Shown here: positions 20,472 to 30,866 of the stretch, piece after piece | Numbering within the stretch: position 1 is the first letter of the stretch | How the letters are laid out: every line of letters begins with the position of its first letter | NCBI GenBank assembly: GCA_965248055.1 | Contig: CBDFIJ010000004.1 | Coordinates: forward strand, 736,001-800,000 | Origin: Candidatus Multivoradales bacterium | GTDB lineage: Bacteria; Acidobacteriota; Thermoanaerobaculia; Multivoradales; JAHEKO01 | Direction of reading: 5' to 3' | DNA: 64,000 nt | Made by a program: the position numbers and the translations under genes | The notes under the pieces: model-generated | What the model saw: only the letters and a program-made list of their open reading frames with translations | Databases searched by the model: none | What the model was told of the DNA's origin: nothing

Positions 20472-21521
20472 GTGTCAACGACTCGAACAGAGACCATTCA
20501 CTTTCTTGACTCACTCGCGTCGCTGGTTTCGGCGACTCGTAGACGCCGAGGTCCGCATCGCTGGCTGATTCTGACCCACGATAACCCGGACCCCGACGCC
20601 ATCGCGACCGCGGCGGCGATGCAATCCCTGCTGCGTGCTAGCCACGGAGTTCGCGCCACCGTTGGCTACGGCGGCATTATCGGCCGCGCCGAAAACCAAG
20701 AGATGGTTCGAGTGCTGCGCATGCGCATGAGTCGAGTTCGCCACCTCAACTGGAATCACTACGCACGAATCATCCTGGTGGATGCCCAACCCGGAGCTGG
20801 CAACGCAATGCTGCCGGGCTCGCGATCGCCAGACGTGGTGGTCGATCATCACCCGCTCCGGCGAACGACCAAAGCGGTTCACACCGTCGACGTACGGCCA
20901 GACTACGGTGCCTCAGCGACCATCGCCGCAGAGTATCTAGAAGCTGCCGAAGTACCCGTTAGCCGCCACCTGGCGACCGCTCTTGTCTACGCGATCCGCT
21001 CCGAAACCCGAGAGCTGGGCCGCGAAGCGAGTGATGCCGATCGCGAGCTCTATCGAAGCCTGCTCCCGGTGGTCAACAGTGCTGCGTTGGGACAAATACA
21101 ACACCCTCGACTGCCGATCAGCTATTTCCGCACCCTGCATCGAGCGATGGACGATTTGCGAGGGGTGAAAACTCTGATCGCCACTCATCTCGACTGGGTA
21201 CCACAACCGGACATTGTTCCAGAGGTGGCTGACTTACTGGTGCGTATGGAGGGACGAACTTGGGCGCTGACGACCGGTGCCTATGAAGGTCGCCTCTACG
21301 TGTCTTTGCGAACCACCAACCGCAGAGCAGACGCGGGCCGCGTAATGCAGCAGATCATCGGCAGAAAGGGAAAAGGCGGCGGTCACGGCATGATGGCAGG
21401 TGGCTGGCTACCGATCGCGGAAGACCAAGATCCGGCAGCCTTGTCCAATTCTCTGTTGAACAAACTGGCCAAGCGCTTGAATCACGACCCCAAGAAGCTG
21501 TCGCCGGTGGTCATGCAATAA
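20472..21521 (+). CDS. DHH/DHHA1 family phosphoesterase
   Basis: HDNPDPD, VD, DHH, GGGH motifs. Confidence 0.9.
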   Translation: MSTTRTETIHFLDSLASLVSATRRRRGPHRWLILTHDNPDPDAIATAAAMQSLLRASHGVRATVGYGGIIGRAENQEMVRVLRMRMSRVRHLNWNHYARIILVDAQPGAGNAMLPGSRSPDVVVDHHPLRRTTKAVHTVDVRPDYGASATIAAEYLEAAEVPVSRHLATALVYAIRSETRELGREASDADRELYRSLLPVVNSAALGQIQHPRLPISYFRTLHRAMDDLRGVKTLIATHLDWVPQPDIVPEVADLLVRMEGRTWALTTGAYEGRLYVSLRTTNRRADAGRVMQQIIGRKGKGGGHGMMAGGWLPIAEDQDPAALSNSLLNKLAKRLNHDPKKLSPVVMQ

Positions 21522-21659
21522 CCGGGTTGCTCGGTCGCTAGGCCAGCCAACCAACATCGAACCGACCATCAACCATCAGCCCTCACTTGGTCTGAGTGAA
21601 CCGGAATCGGCCTACCGAGGCACGGTCCACCCGTCAGGGCAGAAGTACGTCGAACCAAG

Positions 21660-21932
21660 TCAAACTCGACGGCGCAAGACCAGCCTTTTCAGCGCACCTG
21701 GTTCCAGCCGAATCTTGACCACCGGAATTCCATCGCGCAGTAGCACCGGAACCACGTCGCTAAAACGACGTTGCAACTCTGGATCTTGATCGATGTCGAT
21801 GATCGTATATTCGAGACCAAATTCAGCCCCTTCTCGATCCAGGGCCTGCACCATCTGATCGCACAAGTGACATGCGGACCGCGAAATGACGACCCAAGAG
21901 TTCTGAGGGGGTGCTTCTGGAGTCTGGGTCAC
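21660..21932 (-). CDS. Glutaredoxin-like protein (DUF836 type)
   Basis: CHLC, DIDQDPEL, VPVL; start uncertain. Confidence 0.8.
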   Translation of the reverse strand: MTQTPEAPPQNSWVVISRSACHLCDQMVQALDREGAEFGLEYTIIDIDQDPELQRRFSDVVPVLLRDGIPVVKIRLEPGALKRLVLRRRV

Positions 21933-21948
21933 CGGCCTGCGATCGTGC

Positions 21949-23520
21949 CTATTCCCATTCGATCGTCCCCGGGGGCTTGTTGGTGATGTCGTAGACTACT
22001 CGATTGATCCCCTGAACCTCGTTGACGATGCGCGCCGACACCCGGTCGAGAAAGTCGTAGGGCAAACGGGTCCAGTTGGCAGTCATGAAGTCCTGGGTAT
22101 CCACCGCACGCAGGGCGGCAACGTTTTCGTAGGTACGAAAATCGCCCATAACTCCGACGCTGCGTACCGGCAGCAACACAACAAACGCTTGCTGGGTCCG
22201 TGCCTCCCACCTTGATTCGGCTAACTCTTGGCGAAAGATTGCGTCAGCTTTGCGCAAAATATCCAATCGCTCCTGATCCACCGCCCCCAACACCCGAACT
22301 GCCAACCCCGGCCCAGGAAAGGGGTGACGCGCAATCCAGTCCTCTGGGACTCCCAGTTGCCGCCCTAGCTCCCGCACTTCATCCTTAAAAAGCATACGCA
22401 ACGGCTCGACCAGTTCAAAGTTGAGCCGCTCGGGCAATCCGCCAACATTGTGGTGACTCTTGATCACCACGGCGGGCCCGGTAACCGCGGTGGACTCGAT
22501 TACATCCGGGTAGAGAGTTCCTTGCGCCAGATAGCGCACCCCTTCGATCTCCGAAGCCTCTGCCTCGAACACATCAATAAAGGTCTTGCCGATAATCTTG
22601 CGTTTGGTTTCCGGGTCATCGACCCCGGCGAGCTGGGACAGAAAGCGCTCGCTGGCATCTACTGCGCGCAAGGGAATCCCCAATCCATCCCCCAGACGCT
22701 CCACCACCTCGCTTGCTTCATCCAGGCGCAGTAGGCCGTTGTCAACGAAGACAGCCACCGTGCGATCGCCCAACGCCCGCGCCAACAGAGCAGCGGTCAC
22801 GGTGGAATCCACGCCGCCAGAGAGAGCGCACAGAACTTTGCCGTCGGTTACTTGCTCGCGCAGTTGCGAAACCGCGTGTTCCAAGTAACTGCCCATACTC
22901 CAGGTGTACTCGGCTTCACATAGGCTCAGAAAGGCCGCCAAGATCTCCGCGCCATTTTCTGTATGCAACACCTCCGGGTGAAACTGAAGACCCCAATGCC
23001 GGCGTTCTGGGTTGTCCACCGCCGCGAAAGGAATGTCCGTAGAGGTCGCAATCGCGGTAAATCCCGAAGGCAACCCAGTCACACGATCTCCGTGACTCAT
23101 CCAAACCGTCGACGAACCGCCCAAGTCCAAATTGACAAACGAATTCTCTCCCCATTGGACCTCGGTCTTACCGTATTCCCGGGTGGTGGATGCTTCCACC
23201 ACTCCGCCCAAGGCATGCACCATCAGTTGCATGCCATAGCAAATACCCAGAAGCGGCAAATCCAAATCCCACAGGCGCGCATCCGGCAGCGGTGCGTTTT
23301 CCTGATAAACGCTTTGTGGCCCGCCAGACAGAATGACTCCCACCGGATTCATCGCCCGAATCGACTCGGCATCCAAGTCGTAACGATGGATCTCGCTGTA
23401 GACCCCGGCTTCGCGAATCCGACGGGCGATCAATTGGGTGTATTGCGAGCCAAAATCCAGAATCACGATTCCGCGGCGCGATTCGAGTCCCTGCACTGTT
23501 GCCAACTCCTGACTTGCCAT
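21949..23520 (-). CDS. guaA: GMP synthase (glutamine-hydrolysing)
   Basis: DFGSQY, GICYG, QFHPE, SGGVDS, IKSHHNVGG, KPPGTIEWE. Confidence 0.98.
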   Translation of the reverse strand: MASQELATVQGLESRRGIVILDFGSQYTQLIARRIREAGVYSEIHRYDLDAESIRAMNPVGVILSGGPQSVYQENAPLPDARLWDLDLPLLGICYGMQLMVHALGGVVEASTTREYGKTEVQWGENSFVNLDLGGSSTVWMSHGDRVTGLPSGFTAIATSTDIPFAAVDNPERRHWGLQFHPEVLHTENGAEILAAFLSLCEAEYTWSMGSYLEHAVSQLREQVTDGKVLCALSGGVDSTVTAALLARALGDRTVAVFVDNGLLRLDEASEVVERLGDGLGIPLRAVDASERFLSQLAGVDDPETKRKIIGKTFIDVFEAEASEIEGVRYLAQGTLYPDVIESTAVTGPAVVIKSHHNVGGLPERLNFELVEPLRMLFKDEVRELGRQLGVPEDWIARHPFPGPGLAVRVLGAVDQERLDILRKADAIFRQELAESRWEARTQQAFVVLLPVRSVGVMGDFRTYENVAALRAVDTQDFMTANWTRLPYDFLDRVSARIVNEVQGINRVVYDITNKPPGTIEWE

Positions 23521-23528
23521 GAGATGCC

Positions 23529-24536
23529 CTAGAGATCCTCTTCCGATTTGGTAACCCGTCCCATCAGTGCTTCCACGGCATCGCGAATCGGACGCTGCTC
23601 GTAAATCACCGCCTCGACTTGATCAACGATCGGCATTTCTACGCCTCTCTGCTTCGCCAACCGCGACACCGAAAGCGCGTTCCTAACCCCTTCGGCGACC
23701 ATCAGTCCGCCGGTCGCATTGCCTGGCTCCTGCCCTTCGGCTAGCCGCACCCCAACCCGCCGATTTCTCGATAACTCTCCGGTGCAAGTCAACACCAAGT
23801 CTCCCAACCCTGCCAAACCAGCCACGGTACGCGGGTCGCCACCGCAAGCAACACTCAAGCGGGTAATCTCATGCAAGCCGCGCGTGATCAGTGCCGCCAG
23901 GGCGTTGTGCCCCAAGCCAACGCCAAACACGATCCCGGCCGCAATCGCGATCACGTTCTTTGCCGTACCTCCGACTTCGACCCCGGCCACGTCGGTTGAC
24001 GAATACAACCGCAAATTATCGACTGACCACTGATCGCGCAGCGACTCCGCAAAGTCGCGGTCCTGCGAGGCGATCACTGCCGCGCTAGGCGAGCCGGCGA
24101 CCAGCTCGGCGGCAAAGGTCGGACCCGACAGCACTCCAAACCGGGCTTCAACTCCGTGTTTTTCCGCTTCTACCGCAGTCACTTCACTCATCCGGGCTAG
24201 CGAGTCGGTCTCGATCCCCTTGGTTGCAGAGACCACGTCAAGTGTCGTGCCTGGTTCTTGGAGCGACAAGAACCCAGCTAGTGCTTGGCGAAATCCATGG
24301 GAAGGGACGACCATCAACAACACATCTGTCTCGCCAACCGAGCTCAGCTCAGACTCGACACGAAGCTCTGGAGGAAGCTCCACCCCAGGTAGATAGGCAG
24401 CATTGACACGGTCGTCATGGAGCTTTGCTGCCAATTGGGAATTGCGCACCCAAAGTGCAGCCTGCTGTCCGCCACGAGCCAGTTGTACAGCTAGCGCGGT
24501 CCCCCATGAGCCGCCTCCTAAGATCGTCACCCGCAT
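23529..24536 (-). CDS. gpsA: NAD(P)H-dependent glycerol-3-phosphate dehydrogenase
   Basis: GGGSWG, KGIE, SGPTFA, KNVIAI, GLGDLVLTC..SRN. Confidence 0.96.
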   Translation of the reverse strand: MRVTILGGGSWGTALAVQLARGGQQAALWVRNSQLAAKLHDDRVNAAYLPGVELPPELRVESELSSVGETDVLLMVVPSHGFRQALAGFLSLQEPGTTLDVVSATKGIETDSLARMSEVTAVEAEKHGVEARFGVLSGPTFAAELVAGSPSAAVIASQDRDFAESLRDQWSVDNLRLYSSTDVAGVEVGGTAKNVIAIAAGIVFGVGLGHNALAALITRGLHEITRLSVACGGDPRTVAGLAGLGDLVLTCTGELSRNRRVGVRLAEGQEPGNATGGLMVAEGVRNALSVSRLAKQRGVEMPIVDQVEAVIYEQRPIRDAVEALMGRVTKSEEDL

Positions 24537-24645
24537 CTAGTGAGCGACCTTATGAGAGTCGCATCGGTTTGCAAAGGTGTTCCGACCTGTTGCCGGTCGA
24601 ATCACAGCATTCCGATGGCTGGAGTCGTTGATTCTCACACGCAAG

Positions 24646-25857
24646 TCACGGTAGACGCCGCCGGATGCCGTCCAACGCCCATTGGGTAGCAAAAGACCGC
24701 ACATAGTCCCGATCTCCTGGGAACCGCCTCCGGCCGCTATCGACCCCCTCTGAAAAGCTCCAGGCAAACCACACAGTGCCGACCGGCTTTTTCTCAGTGC
24801 CTCCGGTGGGACCGGCAATTCCGGTCACCGCGACGCCGATGTCCGCTGCAAAACGTGCCCTGACCCCCTCCGCCAACTCCACCGCTACTTGTTCACTGAC
24901 CGCTCCGTGCTCCCGCAGGGAACGCTGTGAAACACCGACTTGCTGATTCTTGATTCGATTGTCATAGGCCACTACCCCACCCAAAACCACCGCACTGGCG
25001 CCGGGGACCGAGGTCAACCGGGCACACAGTTGCCCTCCGGTACAGGACTCAGCGACCGCCAACTTCAATCCCCGATGGGCGCACTCGTCCACCACCACCT
25101 GTTCCAGTGGCGCTCCCTGGGAATAGACCGCCTCCCCGAGCAAGCTTGTGATCAATGCCAGATCAACCGGGGCTTGGGAATCCGGAGCTTCGCGTACCTC
25201 GATGCGGATGTCCCCAGGGCTCGACAACACCGTCACCTGCTCTTTGCCGATCCTCCGATACAGCGCTGCCAGACGCTCCTCCACTGTCGATTCCGGCAAG
25301 CAAGCGACGCGAAAACGGCTAATCTGATTGGGCGTAGTCTGGGTATTCTCCGCTACCCAGGGAAACAGATCGCTCTCGGCGAGTCCCTTCATCTCCCGAG
25401 GCACACCGGGCAGCAGGACAATCGCAACCCCTTGAGCATCTATCCAAAGTCCAGGAGCAGTGCCGCGTGGATTGTGCAGCACCTTGACACCTTGAGGAAC
25501 CATCGCTTGGCGCAGATTGACCTGCGCCATCGGCACCCCGAGTTCGGTGAAACGACTCTCGATGGATTCCGCCACCGCTTCGCTGTGCTGCAACTCCAGC
25601 CCCAGCGCGCCGGCCACCGCCTCGCGGGTTAAATCATCTGAGGTAGGCCCCAGGCCGCCAGTGACCACAACTAGATCAGCCTGTTGAATGGCAAAAGCAA
25701 GGCTCTGCTGCAGAGTCTCCATGTCGTCCCCGACCACTGCCTTGCCCACCAAAGGCACCCCAAACTTCGCCAGCTTTCCCGCCAGCCAAAGAGAATTGGT
25801 GTCACTGCGACCGCTGCCCAGAAGTTCGCTGCCCACTGCTAGTACGTACCCGCGCAT
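24646..25857 (-). CDS. cinA: CinA-family protein (MoCF domain plus NMN deamidase PncC domain)
   Basis: GSELL..DTN, GGLGPTSDD, PGVPREM, AESCTGG, TGIAGP. Confidence 0.93.
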   Translation of the reverse strand: MRGYVLAVGSELLGSGRSDTNSLWLAGKLAKFGVPLVGKAVVGDDMETLQQSLAFAIQQADLVVVTGGLGPTSDDLTREAVAGALGLELQHSEAVAESIESRFTELGVPMAQVNLRQAMVPQGVKVLHNPRGTAPGLWIDAQGVAIVLLPGVPREMKGLAESDLFPWVAENTQTTPNQISRFRVACLPESTVEERLAALYRRIGKEQVTVLSSPGDIRIEVREAPDSQAPVDLALITSLLGEAVYSQGAPLEQVVVDECAHRGLKLAVAESCTGGQLCARLTSVPGASAVVLGGVVAYDNRIKNQQVGVSQRSLREHGAVSEQVAVELAEGVRARFAADIGVAVTGIAGPTGGTEKKPVGTVWFAWSFSEGVDSGRRRFPGDRDYVRSFATQWALDGIRRRLP

Positions 25858-25910
25858 CGGCCAATCATAGGAAACCCGAGAGATTTCTGCTGCCAACCCC
25901 AAATACCCCG

Positions 25911-25939
25911 TTGACACTCCGAGTGACCCTGCCTAGGAT
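25911..25939 (+). promoter_or_regulatory. Sigma70-type promoter
   Basis: TTGACA (25911-16), 17-bp spacer, TAGGAT (25934-39), 9 nt before the ATG at 25949. Confidence 0.6.
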
Positions 25940-25948
25940 CTTTGTTTC

Positions 25949-26986
25949 ATGCTTAAGTTTTTGCCATCCCTCCGTCTGTTCGCGCTAGGGGCCGGTCTCG
26001 TTCTGGCCTTCGGATCGGATTTGGCAGCAGCGGAGATCGGCTTTCGCCAAGCCGCTCAGTCCAAAACACCACTCACCATGTTGGCGGTCGACCACGGAGT
26101 TGAGATCCAAAACGACTCCCAAACCCTGCGCATTCCCTTGTCTTCGAGTACTTGGATGCAAGCGATCGAGCGGCTGGGTTCAACAGCTTCATCCGCCCAA
26201 GATGACTCGGGGTGGATTGCCACCGGAACTACCGAATACGCGCGGGGACGCCGCATCACGCTCAAAGCATCGACCGGAGGCGGAACGCAAACTCTCCCCT
26301 CGCCGCCCAGTGTTAACGGCTCGATCGCATGGTGGCCGCTGCCCATCGTGCACCACGCGCAGTTGGTCGGGCTCGCCTGGTTGGAGGGCGACCGCCTGGA
26401 CCGTCTAGCAGTGGTCGCGGCTAGCTGGAACCAAGGACAGTGGTCCCAACCGGTGGTGGTCTCTCCCACCGGTATCGGCAGTCAAGCTGGATTAGCGGCC
26501 ACGGTGTTGGACAACGGCACCTGGATCTTGGCCTGGACGCGCTTCGACGGCCAAGACGACGAAGTGGTCTGGGCCAGCGGCGACGGCTTCAAATTCCGCC
26601 GTCCCACTCCCTTGCACCGAGGCAATGGAGTGGCTGACATTCTGCCGAGCTTGGCGGCCAACGGCAACCAAGCGACCGCCGCTTGGAGTCGCGAAGACGG
26701 GGACCGCTACATCCTGGAAATGACCCACTTTGATGGCCAACGTTGGAGCAAAGTCAATCTCGATCCGGTAACCGCCGTTGGACCGCAGCTGCATCAAAAA
26801 GATGACCAACTCTTGATCAGCCTGTGGACTCAACGCGGAGGTCATTCGACTTGGGCTCTAGCCAAGCTCACCCAACGAAAATTGACGATCCTGGATTCAA
26901 CCGACGCCAGCCAGGCACGACCTGCGGTGCTCGGCAAGTCGGGCACCTTCGCGCGGGTACCGAGCGAGACCAGAGGCGACTCGTGA
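25949..26986 (+). CDS. Secreted hypothetical protein (Trp-rich, beta-propeller-like repeats)
   Basis: Signal peptide; repeated LAW/AAW strands and W-x-x-P turns. Confidence 0.7.
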   Translation: MLKFLPSLRLFALGAGLVLAFGSDLAAAEIGFRQAAQSKTPLTMLAVDHGVEIQNDSQTLRIPLSSSTWMQAIERLGSTASSAQDDSGWIATGTTEYARGRRITLKASTGGGTQTLPSPPSVNGSIAWWPLPIVHHAQLVGLAWLEGDRLDRLAVVAASWNQGQWSQPVVVSPTGIGSQAGLAATVLDNGTWILAWTRFDGQDDEVVWASGDGFKFRRPTPLHRGNGVADILPSLAANGNQATAAWSREDGDRYILEMTHFDGQRWSKVNLDPVTAVGPQLHQKDDQLLISLWTQRGGHSTWALAKLTQRKLTILDSTDASQARPAVLGKSGTFARVPSETRGDS

Positions 26987-28152
26987 CCAAAATTTTTCCA
27001 GGTAGCTCAGTCGGATCTCGCTATCTCTCCATAGTGGTACTTGGCGTACTGTTGGTCGGAGGCCCAGCCCACGCGATCGGCCGGGTGGTCGCGTTCGGTG
27101 ACAGCATCACCGACGGGCGCGGTGACGAAGAAGGATTGGGTGGCTACCCACCTCGTCTGCAGAAGCATTTGCGCGACAACGGCCATCCAGATGCTGTGGT
27201 TGTGGCTTCGGGCGTGCGCGGAGAAACCACTCCAGAAGGCTTATCTCGCATTGGCTCGGCAATTGGTAGCGCTGAGATCGTGGTCATCCTCGAAGGTGCC
27301 AACGACATATTTCAGGGGATTTCGGTCGAGACTTCGGCCAAGAACGTCCTCAAGATGGCTTCGCTTGTTCGAAGCAAGAACGCCAAACCGGTGATCTCGA
27401 CCTTGACGCCATTCTGGTTTAGGGCCTCGGTGAACCGCGGTAACGCACTGACCATTGAGCACTCCAATGTCCTGCGCGAGGGAGCCTTTGCGGCAGGGGA
27501 CGACCTAGCAGACGTTTTTGACGCTTACTGGAGAACCCCCGACCGTAATTTCGACCTCTACGACGACCGTTTCGTAGATCGACTCGGGCACCCCAATGCC
27601 GCAGGGCACTCACTGATCGCTCAAGTCATCGGCGACCAGTTGGCAGACATCGACAGTGCTCCCCCGGTGGTCGGAACCACGATACCGCGAGATGGCGCGA
27701 GCAAGGTCGTCCCGGGCAAGAAACTCAACATCAAACTCTACGACTTTGGAACCGGAGTGGATGCCGCCGAGAGCACTATCTTGGTCAACGGCGAACCGGT
27801 GCAGACCTTCCGCTCAGATAAGAAAACCCGCGTTGAATTGGGGCACACTCCGGCAACTCCTTGGACCGGAGTGATCAAAGTCGAGGTGATCACGCAGGAT
27901 CTCGCTTCGCCTGCGAACTCGATCGAACGTTTTGCCACCTTGTTTTCCATTGATGGAACCAGTTTCTTTCGCGGCGACATTAACTTCGACGGTCGCGTTG
28001 ATGGTCATGATCTCGCTCAGTTGTCGTTTAGCTTTGGCACCACCAGCGCGGACACTGACTACCGCCTCGAAGCCGACATCAACAGCGACGGTAGTGTCGA
28101 TGGCGAAGATTTGGCAATCCTCGCCAACAACTTCGGTCAGATTTCGGGATAA
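26983..28152 (+). CDS. Secreted SGNH/GDSL hydrolase with Ig-like linker and C-terminal dockerin-like domain
   Basis: GDSIT, GETT, EGAND, HPN blocks; GDINFDGRVDGHDL and ADINSDGSVDGEDL repeats. Confidence 0.85.
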   Translation: MTKIFPGSSVGSRYLSIVVLGVLLVGGPAHAIGRVVAFGDSITDGRGDEEGLGGYPPRLQKHLRDNGHPDAVVVASGVRGETTPEGLSRIGSAIGSAEIVVILEGANDIFQGISVETSAKNVLKMASLVRSKNAKPVISTLTPFWFRASVNRGNALTIEHSNVLREGAFAAGDDLADVFDAYWRTPDRNFDLYDDRFVDRLGHPNAAGHSLIAQVIGDQLADIDSAPPVVGTTIPRDGASKVVPGKKLNIKLYDFGTGVDAAESTILVNGEPVQTFRSDKKTRVELGHTPATPWTGVIKVEVITQDLASPANSIERFATLFSIDGTSFFRGDINFDGRVDGHDLAQLSFSFGTTSADTDYRLEADINSDGSVDGEDLAILANNFGQISG

Positions 28153-28231
28153 CCCTTTTTTCGTGGAGTTCCCAGCGATATCCGCTGTCTTCTAACAGGC
28201 CCGCTTTCGCGGTCCTTGAGATAAGCGCGGT

Positions 28232-29554
28232 CTATCGAATCAGCAGCGGAGCAGTGCCTTCTTCGCGAATCTGCCAGCAACTCTCCAGTTCATCGAGCCA
28301 CTGCCGGTCTTCGTTGCGCAGATGGGCAATCGCTATCACCTCCCCTACAGTCACTGGATCCCCCAAACGCAGCAGGCGTCGGATGGCAACACCAGCGTCC
28401 AACCCGGACTCCAAACCATCCCCCGAAAAGGCCTTACTCTGCAGCAGTAGGCCCAGTTTGCGTAGATCGACCCCGGCCAGAACTCCCGATTGTTTAGCCC
28501 GAAGGCGAAACTCCTGCTCGGCCAGCCCCCGCGGAGCGTCCTGTGACCTTGCATCAGTTGCCTCAGCCTGGGCTACCCAATCTTTCGTGGCGCCCTGGTG
28601 GCGTGCCCAATGACAAAAGGTCTCCAAGGCTTTCCCCGAGCGCAGTTGATCCGCCAGATCGTCGTAGCTGACCTCGGCTCCGATGACCCGACAGGCTTCA
28701 GCGGACAAGGTCAATGTCACTTCGAGCAAGTCGTCGGCGCCACCGCCAGCCAGCACCGTCAGCGATTCCTCGACCTCCGCAGTATGTCCCGCCCAGTCTC
28801 CCAGGGGTTGCGACATGTCGGTGACAAAGCCCGAGCTCTTGACCCCCGCCTGTTGGGTCGCAGCAATCAAGTCCTTGAGTAGGCCTTGGCTGTCGGCCAA
28901 CTCGGGGAAAATCGCACCGGGTCCGGTCTTGACATCGTAAATCACCGCGGCAGATCCCAACGCGACTTTCTTGGAAACAATGCTTGAGGTCACCAAGGGC
29001 CTGGAGGCGACGGTCCCGGTGCGATCTCTCAGTGCATAGAAGATGCGGTCTGCAGGAGCGATCCCTGGGGTCGCCAGCCCAATCGCCACACCGGTTTGGT
29101 GCAAAGCATCCAACATTTGCTGTCGATCCAGGTCTAGGCGTAGTCCTGGAATGGTCTCGAGCTTGTCCGCTGTACCTCCAGTGTGCCCCAGAGCGCGCCC
29201 GGTGAGCATCGCCACCGGCACCCCCACCGAGGCCAACAAGGGTGCCAAAATTAACGACACCTTGTCGCCGACTCCGCCGGTGGAATGCTTATCCACTAGA
29301 TTGGGAAGCTCGTCGCGAAGACGCCAAGTTTCGCCAGAAGCAACCATGGCACCCACCAGCGCCTGGGTCTCGGCTTCATTCAGGCCGTGGATCGCCGTCG
29401 CCATCAAAAACGCGGCCGCTTCTCCCTCGCCCCAAGAGCCGCTGACCACGCCATCGACGATCGACTGAATCTCATCTGGAGTCAGCGCCTCGCCGCGCCG
29501 CTTTCGATCTAGGAGCTGGTAAGGGAGTTCTGGGGGATTCTGGGGTTCACTCAA
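28232..29554 (-). CDS. Thymidine/pyrimidine-nucleoside phosphorylase
   Basis: DKHSTGGVGDK, GRALGHTGGTADKLE, SIVSKK. Confidence 0.95.
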   Translation of the reverse strand: MSEPQNPPELPYQLLDRKRRGEALTPDEIQSIVDGVVSGSWGEGEAAAFLMATAIHGLNEAETQALVGAMVASGETWRLRDELPNLVDKHSTGGVGDKVSLILAPLLASVGVPVAMLTGRALGHTGGTADKLETIPGLRLDLDRQQMLDALHQTGVAIGLATPGIAPADRIFYALRDRTGTVASRPLVTSSIVSKKVALGSAAVIYDVKTGPGAIFPELADSQGLLKDLIAATQQAGVKSSGFVTDMSQPLGDWAGHTAEVEESLTVLAGGGADDLLEVTLTLSAEACRVIGAEVSYDDLADQLRSGKALETFCHWARHQGATKDWVAQAEATDARSQDAPRGLAEQEFRLRAKQSGVLAGVDLRKLGLLLQSKAFSGDGLESGLDAGVAIRRLLRLGDPVTVGEVIAIAHLRNEDRQWLDELESCWQIREEGTAPLLIR

Positions 29555-29565
29555 ACGGCTACCCG

Positions 29566-30186
29566 TCAGTCCGATTCCAGAAGATTGCTCACTTCAGCGG
29601 TCAACGGGGAATTGGGGAACTGATCAGCCAGTTCGACAATCGTCGACTGCAAATCCTCACTGAGGCCAGCTGCCTGCTGAGTTAGAGCTGCCTCATAGAG
29701 CCGGAGATCTTCGGGAAGCGAGCCCCCTTGCAAAATCGCCAGAGCCTCCTCGTACTGTTCGGTCGCGCGCAATTGATGAACCCGGTTGGTGGTCGCGACC
29801 ACGGAGATCGCATCTACGCCAGAGCCTTCGGCCTGCTGCCAAAGCTCGGCCTGTTCGGCATCGGCTAGGGTAGCCTGATAAAGGCGCGCCATGCGGCCCG
29901 TAGCACCGCCGTACTGATCGACCACCGCGTCCAGTGAACTGCCGTCGACAGAGCCGCCATCGGTAGCATCCAAACCGCTCACCGCCTGGTGTAGAGCATA
30001 GGCGCCACGCTCGGCGCGCGCTTGACGCTGCTGCATCCAAAATGCGACCGCCAGCACCACCAAAGCCAGCATACCTGCGCCGATCAAAATTCGTTTCCAG
30101 TTATCCGCTACGTACTGAACCCCGCGTTCCAACGCTTCTCCAACCTCGTCGTGGCGAAGCTCTTCACGGGTGAGATGGTCTGACAT
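29566..30186 (-). CDS. YfgM-like membrane-anchored TPR protein
   Basis: LTREELRHDE N-terminus, one TM helix, helical repeats, FPNSP. Confidence 0.7.
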   Translation of the reverse strand: MSDHLTREELRHDEVGEALERGVQYVADNWKRILIGAGMLALVVLAVAFWMQQRQARAERGAYALHQAVSGLDATDGGSVDGSSLDAVVDQYGGATGRMARLYQATLADAEQAELWQQAEGSGVDAISVVATTNRVHQLRATEQYEEALAILQGGSLPEDLRLYEAALTQQAAGLSEDLQSTIVELADQFPNSPLTAEVSNLLESD

Positions 30187-30268
30187 TCCTTAATTTCCTC
30201 TCTTGATGGATCGTAGTTACTGCATGCAGTGCGAGCTTAAGTATATTTCTTCACGCTTAACTTAGGGA

Positions 30269-30317
30269 TGGTGCGGCTGGAGGGAGTCGAACCCCCGACC
30301 TAGAGCTTAGGAGGCTC
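30269..30317 (-). repeat. Distal att site: duplicated 3' 49 nt of tRNA-Arg(CCT)
   Basis: TGGTGCGGCTGGAGGGAGTCGAACCCCCGACCTAGAGCTTAGGAGGCTC is identical to 39710-39758. Confidence 0.97.
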
Positions 30318-30372
30318 CATCTTATTGTACGTAAGTGTTTTAAATTCAGTTAATTAGATGGGGTCTTTCTAT

Positions 30373-30392
30373 TCGTGTATCGGTAGTGTATC
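30373..30392 (+). promoter_or_regulatory. Putative integrase arm-type sites
   Basis: TCGTGTATCG-N3-GTGTA, matching 39593-39610 near the other att. Confidence 0.5.
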
Positions 30393-30395
30393 TGC

Positions 30396-30866
30396 CTAGT
30401 CCAGCTGTGGTTTATAGAGGTTCTGAAGGTCCTCCATCACACTCACAATGAACCGCTCTACGAACCTCTCCACTACTTCAGACGTCAGATCGCTAGGGGC
30501 CACTCTTTCGTCGAAGAACTGCTTGCTTGCCGCAGCCCCCACGATTCTTATGGTCTTGGTCGTCGCTTCTGCCTGAAGTACTAGCTTGTACTCCTTTGCT
30601 ATCTGATCGCCATCGGTATTGCCATCAGGGGTCATCACGAGGTCTAGGGTTGCACTCTGCTGACTATCTATGAATATTTGGCATTGGCTTACGTACTCGC
30701 CGTTCGAGCGAATACCCTCTGCCGCAACGTTGAAGACGTACTGCGCCTTTCGCATCCAGTTGGAGCTACCTGCCATGTACAGGTCGCGGGCCTCCTCGTA
30801 CCCAGGAATGCCGTCCTTAACTATCTGTGCAACTCGCTCTGGAAAACTCATGAGCGAACTATACAA
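30396..30866 (-). CDS. Hypothetical cargo protein
   Basis: 156-aa ORF coupled to the upstream gene; lower-GC codon usage; no motif recognised. Confidence 0.7.
   Translation of the reverse strand: MYSSLMSFPERVAQIVKDGIPGYEEARDLYMAGSSNWMRKAQYVFNVAAEGIRSNGEYVSQCQIFIDSQQSATLDLVMTPDGNTDGDQIAKEYKLVLQAEATTKTIRIVGAAASKQFFDERVAPSDLTSEVVERFVERFIVSVMEDLQNLYKPQLD

Noticed and set aside
27970-28152. Cellulosome
   Set aside because: A single dockerin-like domain, with no cohesin scaffoldin or glycoside hydrolases in the window
30219-30230. 12-bp palindrome ACTGCATGCAGT outside the distal att
   Set aside because: Short, single copy, and no supporting context
30269-30317. Second tRNA gene
   Set aside because: Only the 3' 49 nt are present; the D-arm and 5' acceptor strand are missing, so it is an att duplicate
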